From the NCBI GenBank assembly GCA_013265495.1, contig MU058213.1, positions 5,475,149-5,539,148 of the forward strand: a DNA stretch of 64,000 nucleotides, given 5' to 3'. A program made the position numbers and the translations under genes. The notes under the pieces are model-generated. The model was not told the DNA's origin, did not search any database, and saw only the letters and a program-made list of their open reading frames with translations. Source of the stretch: Vicugna vicugna (Eukaryota). Below, in pieces: positions 1 through 12,485 of this stretch (its first letter is position 1; each line of letters opens with the position of its first letter).

Positions 1-332
1 CACATGCTGGGGAGGCCAAACACAGGAACAGATGTAACTGAAAGCCATTTTCATCTGGCACAGAGATCTCTAAACCGATAGACTATTTCAAGCGTAATAC
101 AGGAAGCGATGAGATAGGACATTTGCCAAAATGACAGGAAGTTTATGCAGGATGCTAAAGAGAAGGCTACTCTGCCCACACTGAGTCCCCCCACCCCACC
201 ACCAGCAGCGGTTAATGATTTATTCCCATGCTGTAAGGATTTGACTTTTATACGAAGTGAATTCTTCTAGGAGCATAATGCTCAGATTTATTTTTATTCT
301 CAGGTAGGTTTGAAAAGTATCAGAAGTCCTCC

Positions 333-519
333 CAGTGCTTCTCAGGATTATCTACCGACTGAATCACCTGATTCGATTTTAAATACTGATACCTGGGTCT
401 CACCTCCATGGATTCTCATTCAGTTGGTGTGCGCTGCAGTCTTGGTATAGCGATTATATTTAAGTTCCCCTTGGTGATCCCAGGGTGATCCCAGGGTGCA
501 GCCAGAGTTGAGAACCACC
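333..519. mobile_element. MER5-type hAT-Charlie MITE
   Basis: Ends CAGTGCTTCTCA and TTGAGAACCAC; internal GAATCACCTG and TACTGATACCTGGGTCTCAC match the remembered MER5 consensus. Contains an 11-bp tandem duplication (GGTGATCCCAG x2, 473-494). Confidence 0.75.
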
Positions 520-739
520 TCCCTGGGGAGGGTACCCACTTCTGGCTGGTAATTGGAGCCCCTAAGAGCCTGGTGAACATACAGATGTGAGGACCCCCTC
601 CGATTTTATGCTCAGGATCTCTGACGGTTCATCATGCATCTCTGCATTCATCCTGGGGTGAAGTCCTCCAAGACAGTACCTGCATCTGCTGCTGGCCACT
701 CTCACTTCACCTGGAGGCTGAGCAAGGCCGAAAGGGGTG

Positions 740-1016
740 CTTCTGGATGTGCATTCACGTTACCCAAGGATCTCGTTAAATGCAGAAGCTGATCTGTGTG
801 GAAGGGGTCTGAGATTCTGCATTTCTAACTAGCTCTCACCTAACACCCAAGCTGCCAGTCTGTGGAGCACATTTTAAAGAGGAAAGGACCAAGAGTAGTG
901 GTTTTCAACTGAAAATACTGATGCCTGAGAGATTCTGATTCAGCTGGACTAGGGTACAGCCTGGGGTTTCGGGAGTTCTCCAGGTGATTCTCAGGTGCAG
1001 CCAAGGTTGAGATCCA
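740..1016. mobile_element. two adjacent MER5A/MER5B-type MITE remnants
   Basis: GAGATTCTGCATTTCTAAC, GAGATTCTGATTCAG and CCAGGTGATTCT...GCAGCCAAGGTTGAGATCCAC motifs. Confidence 0.7.
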
Positions 1017-1544
1017 CAAATTAGCAAAAACAAAAAGCTATTTTAAAGGGATCTCAGCTTTAGGGTTTTGGCAAAGTAATGCTTTAAATTTTTGACCAGA
1101 ACAAAGAATATATTTTTTTAAGTATATATTATTCCACTGTAGAGAATGGACCTTGAGGGAGAGTCTTTTGTTTGCTGAAGGGATGGCAAAAATGCAGAAA
1201 CTAGTGGTCAAAAGGGAACTCTTTCTACATAAAGAAGAGCTTGGAGCTCTGAGATAAGATGATCCCAGCATCGAGTACCACCTGGAGAGAGAGAAAAGGC
1301 AGCTGCTGTGGGGATGGAAGTTGGGTAAGCGGGAGAAATGTCTACAGAGAATTTTAAGGAAGTTTTGCTGTGTGTAGGGCTATGTACCCTCTTTCCTCAG
1401 TGTCCTCAAGAAACCTTAAACAAAAAGCTGGTCCAAATAACATTTAGACTCCGATCCGTGATGGGTTTCGTCTGGGGTCTGCCTGAGTCACCGTGCCTAA
1501 CAGGGTCTCACGCCAAGCCCGAACGGAAGTGCTGTTACTATCTG

Positions 1545-1670
1545 TGTATCACAGATGAGGAGCCTGAGGCTTAGAGAAGGTAAACAGTGGGCCCCGAGTC
1601 CTGCAGCTGCCGCCCGGAGCCAGAGCTGAGCCCTGGGTTGGCACTGAGTTAATCAACCACACGGCCCAGG
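1545..1670 (-). mobile_element. MIR SINE
   Basis: ACAGATGAGGAGCCTGAGGCTTAGAGAAGG is the reverse complement of the MIR core. Confidence 0.7.
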
Positions 1671-3794
1671 TCTTGGGATGGATTTGGATTTGCATGAGAA
1701 GAGAAAAGGCCTCAAGTAGAGAAAATTTGCTGCTGGATGCAGGAATACTGTCTCTGCTGAAGGCGGGAAGTCTCCAGCTCAGCAAGACCTGTCACTCAGA
1801 CCACACTCCAGCCCTGAAACCCGGGAAGGAGAAGGGCTGGAGGGAGAGGAGGATGGAAGTGAAAAGTGTAAAAGCTTTTACTTCAAGGATCTCTGGGCAG
1901 AGTTGGGGTCACAAGGCAGCCTGCCTCGAGATCCAAATAACAACGCAACACAGAGGTGGGCCGGGGTCCCCCTACTTCGGCAGGAAACACAGCTTCAAGA
2001 GCTCTGTGGAACCCCACATTCATTCACAAAGCATTTACTTAGCACCCACAGTGTGCCCAGCGTTGAGGATTCAGTGCTGAGCGATCCCAGCGCTGGAATG
2101 AGGATACTCCTCCCGGGACATGGCGCTCCCTGGGTTCCGGCCCACTGAGGCCAGGCATGCCTCACACCTTGACCTTCACTCATTCCACCAGAGAAAAATT
2201 ATTTCTAACTTTCCTTGTGCTGCAAGCTTTCTGGAAGCCAAAGACAAAAAGAAAGTGTCCACAAGATTAAAACAACTGCCCAGCGGCTTGGAAGATGTCT
2301 CTCTCTTGCTGCTTTAGGATTGCACACAGTGTAATATTGCCCACAAATCACCAACATCTTATTACAAGACTTCCAAGGGTTATTTCTTCCATGGCTCCTC
2401 AATATAAGTTTGTGTATCAGGCCAAAAGTCATCCCCAAAACAGTTCCACAGAGGCCCACTCAGCAAGGACATGCCTGGGGGCAGCTTCTTCCAGGAAGAT
2501 GTTAAGGTTATAATTCTTGAATGTGGGGGTGGGTGGGGTGTTGAGCTTCCCTTTGAGAATCTGAAGAAAGCTGTGTTATAGTTCCCTGGGAGGAAGTGGA
2601 CATTTTACACAAATACAAAATGCTGCCTAGGATTCCTGTTCCCAGAGCCCTGAACCCCAGTCACAGACGTGTTATGACTTGTGGGACCCAAATGGTGAAC
2701 ACCTAACCCAGAGGAATGGGTCACCCTTCACAAATGTTGCTTTCAGCTGGGCTTTGGAGAACAAGGCAGCTGTAAGTTTGAGGGCTTTGGCATTCTTAAA
2801 AGATCCTCTGGGGATTCTGCTATGCAGACAGTTTGGGAGCCGCTTTCAGAGAGTAGAAGGTGGAGATGTTAATTGCCCCAGGTCTTTCCTACTCTCAGGC
2901 AGATATTCTCCTGAAACGCATCCTTGTGGTCATCCCAGATGTATAAACTCTGAACTAGCTTCATATCGGTTGGTATCCAGCTGCTGACTCAAGCCCCTGT
3001 CCTTCCCCAAGACGCCCCTCCTTGCTCGGGCTCGCCCACTCCTCTCCCCCAGAGTTGGAAGAGGGTACCCTGACTGGCCATGCCTGTGCTAGAAGTGTTG
3101 CTGGATATCTCAAAGATCATTCCTGGCAGTTTCAATGCTCGTTTCCCTTTTGTGATACCTTGGTATGTGTGGGAAAATATGAAAGACAATTTTGGGCAAA
3201 CAGCTTTCTGGACACAAGTGGCAGAAAGCTGAAAAACGCAGCCCTACCTGTTCACATACTAACCGAAAAGGTCAACAGCAAATTGGGACCTCTGCTCAGC
3301 TTTTGCAAGAGACAGCTCAGGTCTTTGAAGTTTTGTTCCCAAATGTACCAAGTCTATAGTTGGGTTGACTCGAGTTGTCCAGAAATATTAAGAAAGAAAA
3401 AGGAAGAAAAGAGACTCAGGACATGATCTCCTACTTTCCAGCCAACTACATTTTCTTGAAAGGTGACAAGCAGGCCAAACAAGCCTGAGATTTGAGCAAG
3501 AAGTTCCTGTACTCTTTGGGGCAAAGAGTTTCCCATCATTAACCAGAGTCAACCACATTCAATAAGACAATCAGGCAACACACAAAACAAGCTGGAAATG
3601 TGTGGCCTCTACATGTCTGGTCAGAGATAGTAAACACAGAAAATAAAAACAATACATTTTACTATTAGTTCAATCTCTTTCATAATTCACTGCAGAAGAA
3701 TATAAGCAATGAGAAGAGATCTTTATCTTACCCAGGGCACATCAGCTGCCTGTGCGTCCCCAGCTTCTATCACCTGTAGAAAGTGGGGCCCTCC

Positions 3795-4075
3795 TTCATT
3801 CACTTAACAAGCATCAGTTGAGCAGCCAATGTTTGCCAGGAACTCTGCTAGGAGCCAGGGTAGAATGTGGGCCTAAGACATGAAGTTGGCTCTCAGGAGC
3901 CCACAGCCCAGCAGACAGACATGCAAACAAATAATTATAATGCATGCTGGGAAAATCTGTAACCAACACCATGCAAGGGGCATGGGAGCTCAGAGGAAGA
4001 AGTAATTAGTTTGCTGTCAGGTTAGGAAAGACCTCATGGGGAGGCAATATCTGAAATGATATTACAGATGGATGG
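3795..4075 (-). mobile_element. L2 LINE 3' fragment
   Basis: TTCATTCACTTAACAAGCATCAGTTGAGC...CTCAGGAGCCCACAG is the antisense L2 3' end pattern. Confidence 0.7.
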
Positions 4076-5399
4076 CTACAGATGATTCCTACTGTTTCTT
4101 CCAACTCTGACCTTAGATTCTGTACAAGAGGATGGAGCACAGTGAAGACACACTCTGGGAGCAGTCCTGGATCAAGCATGAATATTTCTTAAAGGCTCAG
4201 ATCAACATTTGGAGACTCCTTATGCATCACTGAGGCCCAAAGGAGTGGCCTGTTAATATCCGCTGGGTCTTAAAAAGTGTCAGGCTAGGTAAGACATTGC
4301 TTGGAAATTATGTCATGACATTAATGAATTGATCTTCAGGGAGAAAATGGTGGATCCCTTTTCTATGAACATGCATTTCCCAGAAGCCACTGATTCCCTG
4401 GAATTTCTCTTGGTGATTCCCAGATGCACTAATGAGCTCTTTAAAATGGCACCATTTTTGATCATATTTATCACGTTTGCCTTGGTGTTCCAGTAAGGAA
4501 AACTGGGTCTACACTGAAGATTCACACTGAGGATTTGGTTGAGTGCCATTTTTTTACCTCCTGCTCCTCCTTTTTATGGCTGGTTTAGAGTGGTGATTTT
4601 TAATTAAATTTAAAGGGAAACCCTTGATATTCCTAAACAGAGGATTTTGGGGAAAAACTCTGACAACCCTTTGGTTTGGAGTCATTAAACCCTCTTCCCT
4701 AAAGAAAAGCCCTCTTTCAAGGTCCACTGTCTGGAAGCTGGAGGGAGGGCAGGGGAGGGGAAGGGCAGGAAGAAAGTTATTGCCAAAGTAAACCTAACAG
4801 TAGACTTTGGTAGACAGGAAAAGAAATGAATTCTTCAAATCTGCCTCCTCTCATTCACAGCCAACCATCACAAGCAGGGAAGGGCTTCTCCCATAAATTG
4901 CGTTGGCGTGTTTATCTATTTACTAAGCCTCTATACAACCAGGAATAGGAGACAAAGATAAAGGAAAAGTCTCTCACAGGAGCTTGCACTCTATTTATGA
5001 GCATGAACGTTGATCTTATTTTTAAAAAAACTTAAAGCATAGGGCAGTGCTGAGTATGGAAGTAGCCTGCTTCAGCCACTAGAATGGAATCTGGCACTAC
5101 ACGTGAAGGACCACAAGTAAACCCAGTGCCTGAGCGTGAACTCAGGGAGTCTCCCAGGGCTGGGGCAGGAGGGTCTGCTAAAGAACCAGGTGTTTGGGAC
5201 ATTCTCTGCGACCAGCTCCTTGCAATCACCCTCCACCCAGGCTGTGGGAATCCATGGCCTTGAGGCATTATCTTCTGTGACAGGGTACAAAGGCATCTGC
5301 TACATTAACACTGGGGACAGTGCATCCAAGAGAAGACAAATGGATGACTGAAAGCTTCGTGGGGAAAAGCACTCCACAGGAAGTCAGGACCCTGGGCTC

Positions 5400-5510
5400 T
5401 TGTCTCAGCTTTTGTCACTTTACCACCAAGAGCAGACAACCTGCTCAGCCTCTTGGCCTCAGTTTCCTCACCTGTAACATTGGAAAACGGGTGGTATCAC
5501 CTCTGAGCTC
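5400..5510 (+). mobile_element. MIR SINE
   Basis: CCTCAGTTTCCTCACCTGTAACATTGG core. Confidence 0.75.
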
Positions 5511-5912
5511 CTCCTCCAGCCTCCCCAGGAACTGCATTCACTCCAGGGGCCTCCCTGGCGCTCACCAAGGCTCTCAGAATCCTGGGGTGACAAATGTGGC
5601 TTTGCAGGAACTCAGCCCCACAGAAGGCAAGGAACACCATGGCTAGAGGGAGTCCCTCCGGTCCCTGTTGGAAACTAGTAAGTTGCACGTCTGGTTTACA
5701 ACCTTCATTCACCTTCTCGAACATGGCCAGTTCAGGGTCACTGACAAGCAGGGAATATGACTGGAGTAATGCCACTCCCAGGTCCCCCTGCAGCCTCCTC
5801 CTGACAACTCCTTATTTAGTTCACTTTCTTCTGTTACCTACTGTAAACTTGCCAAGCATGTGTTGAGACCCTCCTGGTCAGGACCTTACAGTCTGGTTGG
5901 GGACAAAGACAT

Positions 5913-6293
5913 TGTTATGAGTTGAATTGTGTCCCCCCTCTAAATTCGTAAGTTGAAGTCTAACCTCCAATATTTAGAATGGGACCTATTTTGGAAACAG
6001 GGTTGTAGCCGAAGCAATTAGTTAAGATGAGTTCCTTAAAGTAGGCCTTAATCAACATGACAGGTGTCCTTATAAAAAGGAGTAATTTGGACACGAACAC
6101 AAACACAGAGAGAAAGCCGTGGAGAGACGCAGGGAGAAGGTGGCCGTCTGCCAGCCAAGGAGAGGGGCCCGGAACAAATCCTTCCTCACAGCCCTTCGAG
6201 GGCTCCCATCCTTGATCTGGGCTTCTAGCCTCAAAGACTGCAAGGCGATATCTTTCTGTGGTATTCTGTTAGGGTAGGCCTAGGAAACAAGTT
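5913..6293 (+). mobile_element. MaLR solo LTR (MLT1A/B/C type)
   Basis: Starts TGTTATGAGTTGAATTGTGTCCCC; internal GGTGTCCTTATAAAAAGGAG and CAGGGAGAAGGTGGCCGTCTGCCAGCCAAGGAGAG. Confidence 0.85.
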
Positions 6294-6934
6294 AAAGACA
6301 GTCCTTGAAACTGTCAAGCACAAGGCAGGACCAAGGCCTAACTGAGCTGTGGCTGGGGAAGAAACACTGGCCCGATCTAGATCCAGACAGGCTATTACTT
6401 ACACAGATGTGTAAGGACAAGCAGCCGAAGGTGCTGGCTCCCTGTGGCCCATGACACCAGAACAAAGGGGGCTGGAGGCCTGCAACCCGAGTGCCGGGGT
6501 CCCTGCTGCTGAAGCCTCATTCCCCCTAAAGCATGGAAGGAGTGTCAGCCTCCTTGGAAAGAGGGCAAAAGGGAAGCGGATCACAAGGCATACTGTCAAG
6601 ACTCACACCCACTGTGGGTCCAGTCCCGCCCACGTGGCCTCTGTAGCCACGCGCAGTGTCAGCAGGGCGCCCCCTGGAGCTGTTCTCCTACAGTGGCACT
6701 TAGCATCAGACAGTGAGGTGTCCGGCACAGCCCCCAGCTGCACAGAAGTTCAGCAGAGGAAGGTCAGTGGGACCAGGAGGCCAAGGGCTTGACGGATGGA
6801 GCATCACAAGGGTGTACACAGACCAAACATGGGCGGACAAAGAATGAGAGCCCTGCTTTTCTAAAATGAGTCTTTTTTTATTCTTCGAATAGGGCAGGTG
6901 CAACAAGCAAAATTTAGAAAATTAAAATAAATAT

Positions 6935-7235
6935 AAAACTCACAGACATAATGCTGAGCAAAAGAAGCCAGACACAGAAGAGTGTGTACTTTATGAGTCC
7001 ATGTCTAGGAGGTTCTAGAGCAGGCAAAACAGATCAAGGAGGGGAAAAAGAAAAAAAGAAAAATAGAGGTTGCCTCTTGCAGGAAGGATAGTGACTAGAA
7101 AAGGGGCACGAGGGAATTTTCTAGAGAGATGGAGACGTTCTATGTGTGACAGGAGAATGAGTAAGTATAGTCATTGTCAAAACTGTATGGTGAAGATTTG
7201 TGCATTTCTGTGCATGTAAAATTTACCTTAAAAAT
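6935..7235 (+). mobile_element. old L1 (L1M) 3' UTR fragment
   Basis: ATAATGCTGAGCAAAAGAAGCCAGACACA...TTGTCAAAACTG...GTGCATTTC...TTACCTTAAAA. Confidence 0.8.
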
Positions 7236-7314
7236 GGATACAGACAATAACCATCACACAAAATCACACCACTCTTTTCTTTATCTTAGGGCCTTTTTTT
7301 TTCCTGCAAAGTTT

Positions 7315-8030
7315 ATATATTTGCGATCATACTGAATACACAATTTTGATTTTTTTTTTAAGTTTATGTTAAAAAAAAAAACCTTCCCGTATCGTTAAAA
7401 CAGCTTAGTCAATATCATTTTAAAGTAACTGCCGGGGACTGTATTGTTTGGATGTACTACAATCCGTTCATTTCCACAGCATTGGGCATGCAGGTTACCG
7501 TCAATAATAAATGACACTGTGATTAAACATCTGTGCCCGTACATCTGTGTCTGCATTTCTGATTATTTCTCTGGAAGATTTCTTGAAGAGGAACTACTGT
7601 GTAAAGAGTACGAATATTTTTTTCAAAGCCCGTTGCCAAATTGCTTTCCTGAATTTCCTCCCCACACCCTCGCCAGCCTTGAGTAGTGTCACGGCGTTAA
7701 TCTTGCTTGATGTAGCAGGGGGCAAACAGCATTTTATTGTTGTGACTGCATTTCTGTGATTACCAGTAAAGCTGAACATTTCTCCATAGATTTATAAGTC
7801 GTTTTTATTTCCTTATCTGTGAACTGACTGTTCATGTCCCCTGCCCACTTTCCTATATTGATGTTTTTGTGGGTTTTTTAAAATCAAAGTAGAAACTCTA
7901 TTAAAGATTGAGGCTATTAACTTCTCTACCACACTTGTGACACATCCTTATTTCTAGCTGGCTTTTATTTTAGAGTTTTCTTTAAACTTCCATCTAGTCA
8001 GAATTGTTCCCTTTGCCTTCTATGTCAATG
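7315..8030 (-). mobile_element. old L1 (L1ME-like) fragment
   Basis: Antisense L1 3' region motifs such as TTGCCAAATTGCTTTCC, GCATTTCTGTGATTACCAGT and CTGTGAACTGACTGTTCATGTCC. Confidence 0.7.
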
Positions 8031-8203
8031 CTCCCCGTAATTTGGGGTGGCGTATTCTAGGTGGGGTCACCATCTGAGCTATGGCCTAGAATCTGCAAAA
8101 AGGTGATAAGGCTGCAAAAGAGGGGCTGGAGATATGTAGATATAGATACAGCAATCTGAAGAAAATTGACATCCTAACAATATATAGTGCTGTATAGTGA
8201 GAT

Positions 8204-8216
8204 ACACACACACATA

Positions 8217-8248
<32 letters not shown>
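8204..8248. repeat. (CA)n microsatellite
   Basis: Near-perfect CA run seen directly. Confidence 0.95.
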
Positions 8249-8264
8249 TTTTCTTCAAAGTACT

Positions 8265-9830
8265 CTATAGATTCAAAGCTTCACAATCAAAATACCAGAT
8301 GGCTATTTTAAAGAAATTAACACATTGGTTCTAAAGGATCTAGAATAACCAAAACAAATCTGAAGAACAAAACAGAATGGCTAACACTACCCGATTTCAA
8401 AAACTATTACAAAGTTCTAGCAATCAAAACAGTGTGATATTGGCATAAAAACAGACAACATAGAACTGGACAGAACAGAGCTCAGAGATGAACCCACACA
8501 TATATGACAAGTGATTTTGTCAAAGTATTAAAGGCAAGGCAGTGGAGAAATGACAGCCTTTTCAACAAACTATGCTGGGAAAATTGGTTAACTAGCTATA
8601 AATAGATAACATTTGTATACCATATACAAAAATTAAATCAATATGGCTCATAGAGCTAAATGTAAAATCTAAAACAATAAAACATGGAGAAGAAAATACA
8701 GGATAAACTCTTTGTCATCTGGGGTTAGGGGCAAGGATTTCCTAAGTATAATGCCAAGAGCACTGTACCTAAAAAGAACAAGTTGATCAACATTAAAAAC
8801 TTCTCTTTGAAAGACAGTGGTAAGAGAATGAAAAGAGAAGCCAAAAACTAGGAGGAAACTTTTGCAAAGCATATATCTAATAAAGTATCCAGGATCCAGT
8901 ATATGTATCCAGAATACATAAAGAACTCACAAAATTCAACAGTAAGGAAACAACCCAAGTTTTCAAATGGGCGGAAGAATTAAATAGATACTTCATCAAA
9001 GAAGGTATACAGATGGCAAATAAGCTCAAGAAAAGATGTCCAATATCATTAGTCGCCATGGCAATGCAAACTGAAACCACCATCGGATACCACTACACGC
9101 TAATTGGAACAGTTCAAATTAAAAAGAGGGGCCATACCAAGTTTGGCAAGAACGTGGAGGAACTAGAGCTCTCACACACCTGGTGGGAATGCAGAACGGA
9201 ACAACCACTTTGGCGAGGACTTTGGCAGTTTCTGAAAAAGGTTAAGATACACCCAGCATATAATCCAGCTGTTCTACTCCAGGGTATTTACCTAAGAGAA
9301 AAGGAAACACATGTCCTTACAATGGCTTAGACATGAATGTTCATAGGAGCTTTATTTGCAGCAGCCAAAAAAGAGGAACTCAGACGTTCATCGTAAACAA
9401 ATGTGGTACATCAACAGAATGAAATACTGCCCAGCAACAGAAATGAGCGAGCTACTGATACATGCAACAACACGGACGAATCTCAAAATAAATATTCTCA
9501 GTGAAATAAGCCAGACAAAAGAGTAGACATATATACATACTGTATATTCCATTTATATACATGCAACTCTAGAAATGCAAACTAACCCGCAGTGACAGAA
9601 ACTGGATCAGTAGTTGCTTGCGGGTGGAGGTCTGAGAGGGACAGATGAGAAAGATCACAAAGGAAACTTTGGGAGGGATAAACGTGTTCATTTTCTTCAT
9701 TGTGGCGATGGTTTCCAGGTGTGTACATATGTCAAATTTTTACACTTTAAGTATATGCAGTTTATTGTATGGCAGTTACAACTCAATAAAGCTTTTTTTT
9801 ATTTTTTAAATTTTAAAGTATTGAAAGATT
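8265..9830 (+). mobile_element. 5'-truncated old L1 (L1MC/MD-like): ORF2 C-terminal remnant plus 3' UTR and A tail
   Basis: Frame 9013-9330 reads ...ELSHTWWEC...LWQFLKKVKIHPAYNPAVLLQGIY..., a degraded L1 ORF2 C-terminus. AATAAA near 9785 followed by A runs. Confidence 0.9.
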
Positions 9831-10169
9831 TAAAAAAAAAACAGACAAACAAAGAAAGAGAAAACACTGCTTCAGTCCCAGGCCCTCCCGGTGTGCAGAG
9901 GATCAGTTTTTAAGAACCGTGGACAACTCAGGTTGAACTAAGTTGTAAGATTAGCTCTTGACTTTCTGTAGAGTTCCTCTTAAAATCTTCCAAAACAGAT
10001 GGCTTTATTCCCCAGCTACCAGAACAAAAAACCGTTGGGCTCAGACAGGAAGGTCAGTGTCCTCTACCTCCTATGACTAAAGTTTTGTGGGTGTATTTCC
10101 AGGAATCTGTGTCGGGGAATTTTGGGGCTTTTGAGGCAGATATTTCCTTGTTACTCTTATTCCTCCTTA

Positions 10170-10800
10170 TTCCTTGTTCATTCAGTGCCTGTTAGTTGAG
10201 CATCTAGTATGTGTTGGCTTATCATTGGCCAAATGAGGACACAGGCATGAACAAGACAGGCACAATCAGGGTCACATTATACACTTTGTGGGCCCTTGGC
10301 ACTTAGTCTTTTTGAGTTCTTTCCTCCAGAAATAAAAAATTAATTTATACTTGATGACTGTGTTATTGTAAAGACAAATATAATGCAGATTGGATTTATT
10401 ATTATATATCCACTATTCTTGTATTGATTTTTCTTCAACTAATTTGAAGAGAAATTATTTAAATTAAAGTATTTTTTCTTTCTGGATCCCTAAAAGTATC
10501 ATGGCCCGTGGAACTACTGTGCCACTGGGTCGCGGTGCCGGTCCTCATGGAGTCTGCTGCTAGAAGTGGTGACCTGCGAACAGAAGCTCACACTGCTAAC
10601 TAACTAGTTAGGTGTTCTAGGCAAAGGACAAAGCAAACAGAGGAGGGGAAGAGCACAGCGTCTAAGAGCAACTAAAGAAAAGTCAGTGGTGACAGCCTAA
10701 TAATCAACAGGGAGCTTCATGAGACCAGAGATGTAACCTGAAGCTGAGTTATGCAGGACTTTGGCCTTTTATGTTAGGAGTAGAAAGAAGTCATTGAAGT
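10170..10800 (-). mobile_element. L2 fragment interrupted by a MITE
   Basis: TTGTTCATTCAG...TTGAGCATCTAGTATGTG...ACAAGACAGG resumes as CCTCATGGAG after 10545. Confidence 0.6.
10267..10545. mobile_element. hAT MITE, MER96B-like
   Basis: CAGGGTCACATTAT...GTGGGCCCTTGGCACT...GTAAAGACAAATATAATGCAGATTGGATTTATTATTATATA...CCCTAAAAGTATCATGGCCC matches the remembered MER96B consensus. Confidence 0.7.
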
Positions 10801-11780
10801 GCATCAAAAGATACAGACAGCAGAGTGGACAGGCAGCCCACGGAATGGGAGAAAACATTTGCAAATTTTATGTCCAATAAGAGGTTAATATCTGGATATA
10901 TTTTTTAAAAAACTCCCACAACTCAACAAAGAAAANNNNNNNNNNNNNNNNNNNNNNNNNNNNNNNNNNNNNNNNNNNNNNNNNNNNNNNNNNNNNNNNN
11001 NNNNNNNNNNNNNNNNNNNNNNNNNNNNNNNNNNNNNNNNNNNNNNNNNNNNNNNNNNNNNNNNNNNNNNNNNNNNNNNNNNNNNNNNNNNNNNNNNNNN
11101 NNNNNNNNNNNNNNNNNNNNNNNACGATGTNNNNNNNNNNNNNNNNNNNNNNNNNNNNNNNNNNNNNNNNNNNNNNNNNNNNNNNNNNNNNNNNNNNNNN
11201 NNNNNNNNNNNNNNNNNNNNNNNNNNNNNNNNNNNNNNNNNNNNNNNNNNNNNNNNNNNNNNNNNNNNNNNNNNNNNNNNNNNNNNNNNNNNNNNNNNNG
11301 ACATCTGTACACCCACGTTCATAGTAGAATTATTCACAGTATCCAAAAGGTGGAGGCAATCCAAGTGCCCNNNNNNNNNNNNNNNNNNNNNNNNNNNNNN
11401 NNNNNNNNNNNNNNNNNNNNNNNNNNNNNNNNNNNNNNNNNNNNNNNNNNNNNNNNNNNNNNNNNNNNNNNNNNNNNNNNNNNNNNNNNNNNNNNNNNNN
11501 NNNNNNNNNNNNNNNNNNNAATATTGTTTAATTCCACTTATATGAGGTACATAGAATAGTCAAACTCATAGAGACAGAGAGTAGAATGGTGGTTGCCAGG
11601 GGCTAAGGGGAATGTGGAGTTATTTAATGACAAAGAGTTTCATAAAGATGAATAAGTTCTGAAGACTGTACAACAATGTGAACAGACTTAACACTACTAA
11701 ATCATCCACTTAATAAATGGCTAAGATGGCAAATTTTGTGTAACGTGTTATAAATGGTTTAACTAATTTTTTTTTTAAAA
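10800..11780 (+). mobile_element. L1 (L1MB-like) 3' fragment containing N gaps
   Basis: GAATGGGAGAAAACATTTGCAAAT, CACCCACGTTCATAGTAG, ATTCCACTTATATGAGGTAC and GGTGGTTGCCAGGGGCT; Ns at 10936-11123, 11131-11299 and 11371-11519. Confidence 0.9.
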
Positions 11781-11809
11781 GATGGCTCTGAATTTTGTGG
11801 AAAGAATGA

Positions 11810-12290
11810 ACAGGAAGTATGCAAGAGTGAAGCCAGTGACGTCCCCTGGAAGATGCTGCAGAAGTGCCGGCAGAAGATGAGGGTGCCTTGACCAGACTCA
11901 ACTAGAGAAGGAGAGGAGACAGAGAGGAATGGGTGGATTGGAGCAAAATTTAGGACTTTGAATCCACAGAACTTGATAAGTAATGAAATGTGGAAAAGAA
12001 AACTATACATGGTAACTGACCAATTCTGACATGAATAACTGAGTGGCTGGTGCCATTTACTGAGCCAGGGGGCATCAGAGAAGGAGTCCTCTGGGGAAGA
12101 GCATGACGTTCCATTTTGAGATGCCTGAGATCCAAGTGTGAAAGCTGGATTGGCAGTTGACAATATAGATCTAGAGCTAGTAAGAGTCTTTCTAGCTGGA
12201 AATGCTGCTCCTCGTCCTCCTCCTCCTCGTCCTCCATGCTTGAGTAATAGCTCTAGTAGGTGTGAGTGAGAAGCTCTAGGAGCTAACTGT
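11810..12290 (-). mobile_element. L2 fragment
   Basis: GGTGCCATTTACTGAG...TTCCATTTTGAGATGCCTGAGATCCAAGTG...GATCTAGAGCT pattern of antisense L2. Confidence 0.65.
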
Positions 12291-12369
12291 TCAGATAAGA
12301 GGAAAGAACCTAAACTGAATGAGCCCTCATTCCTGGCATATTGACATCAAGAATAGGAAAGTCAGCATT

Positions 12370-12485
12370 ACTGTCCCATTTTATAAATGAGGAAAAGGAG
12401 GCTCTGAGAGATTAAGCATCTTGCCCCAAAGCACACAAGTCAGTAAGGGGAAGGGCCAGAATTTGGACCTGAAATCCACCATCAG
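12370..12485 (-). mobile_element. MIR SINE
   Basis: CCCATTTTATAAATGAGGAAAAGGAGGCTCTGAGAGATTAAGCATCTTGCCC. Confidence 0.8.

Noticed and set aside
285-310. Recursive-splice-like ttttattctcag|gtaggt
   Set aside because: Lies in what appears to be decayed L2 sequence, and no long-intron host gene is evident.
10885-11559. ORFs containing long X runs (also at 46.6 kb and 55.0 kb)
   Set aside because: Artefacts of translating N gaps inside L1 or LTR repeats.
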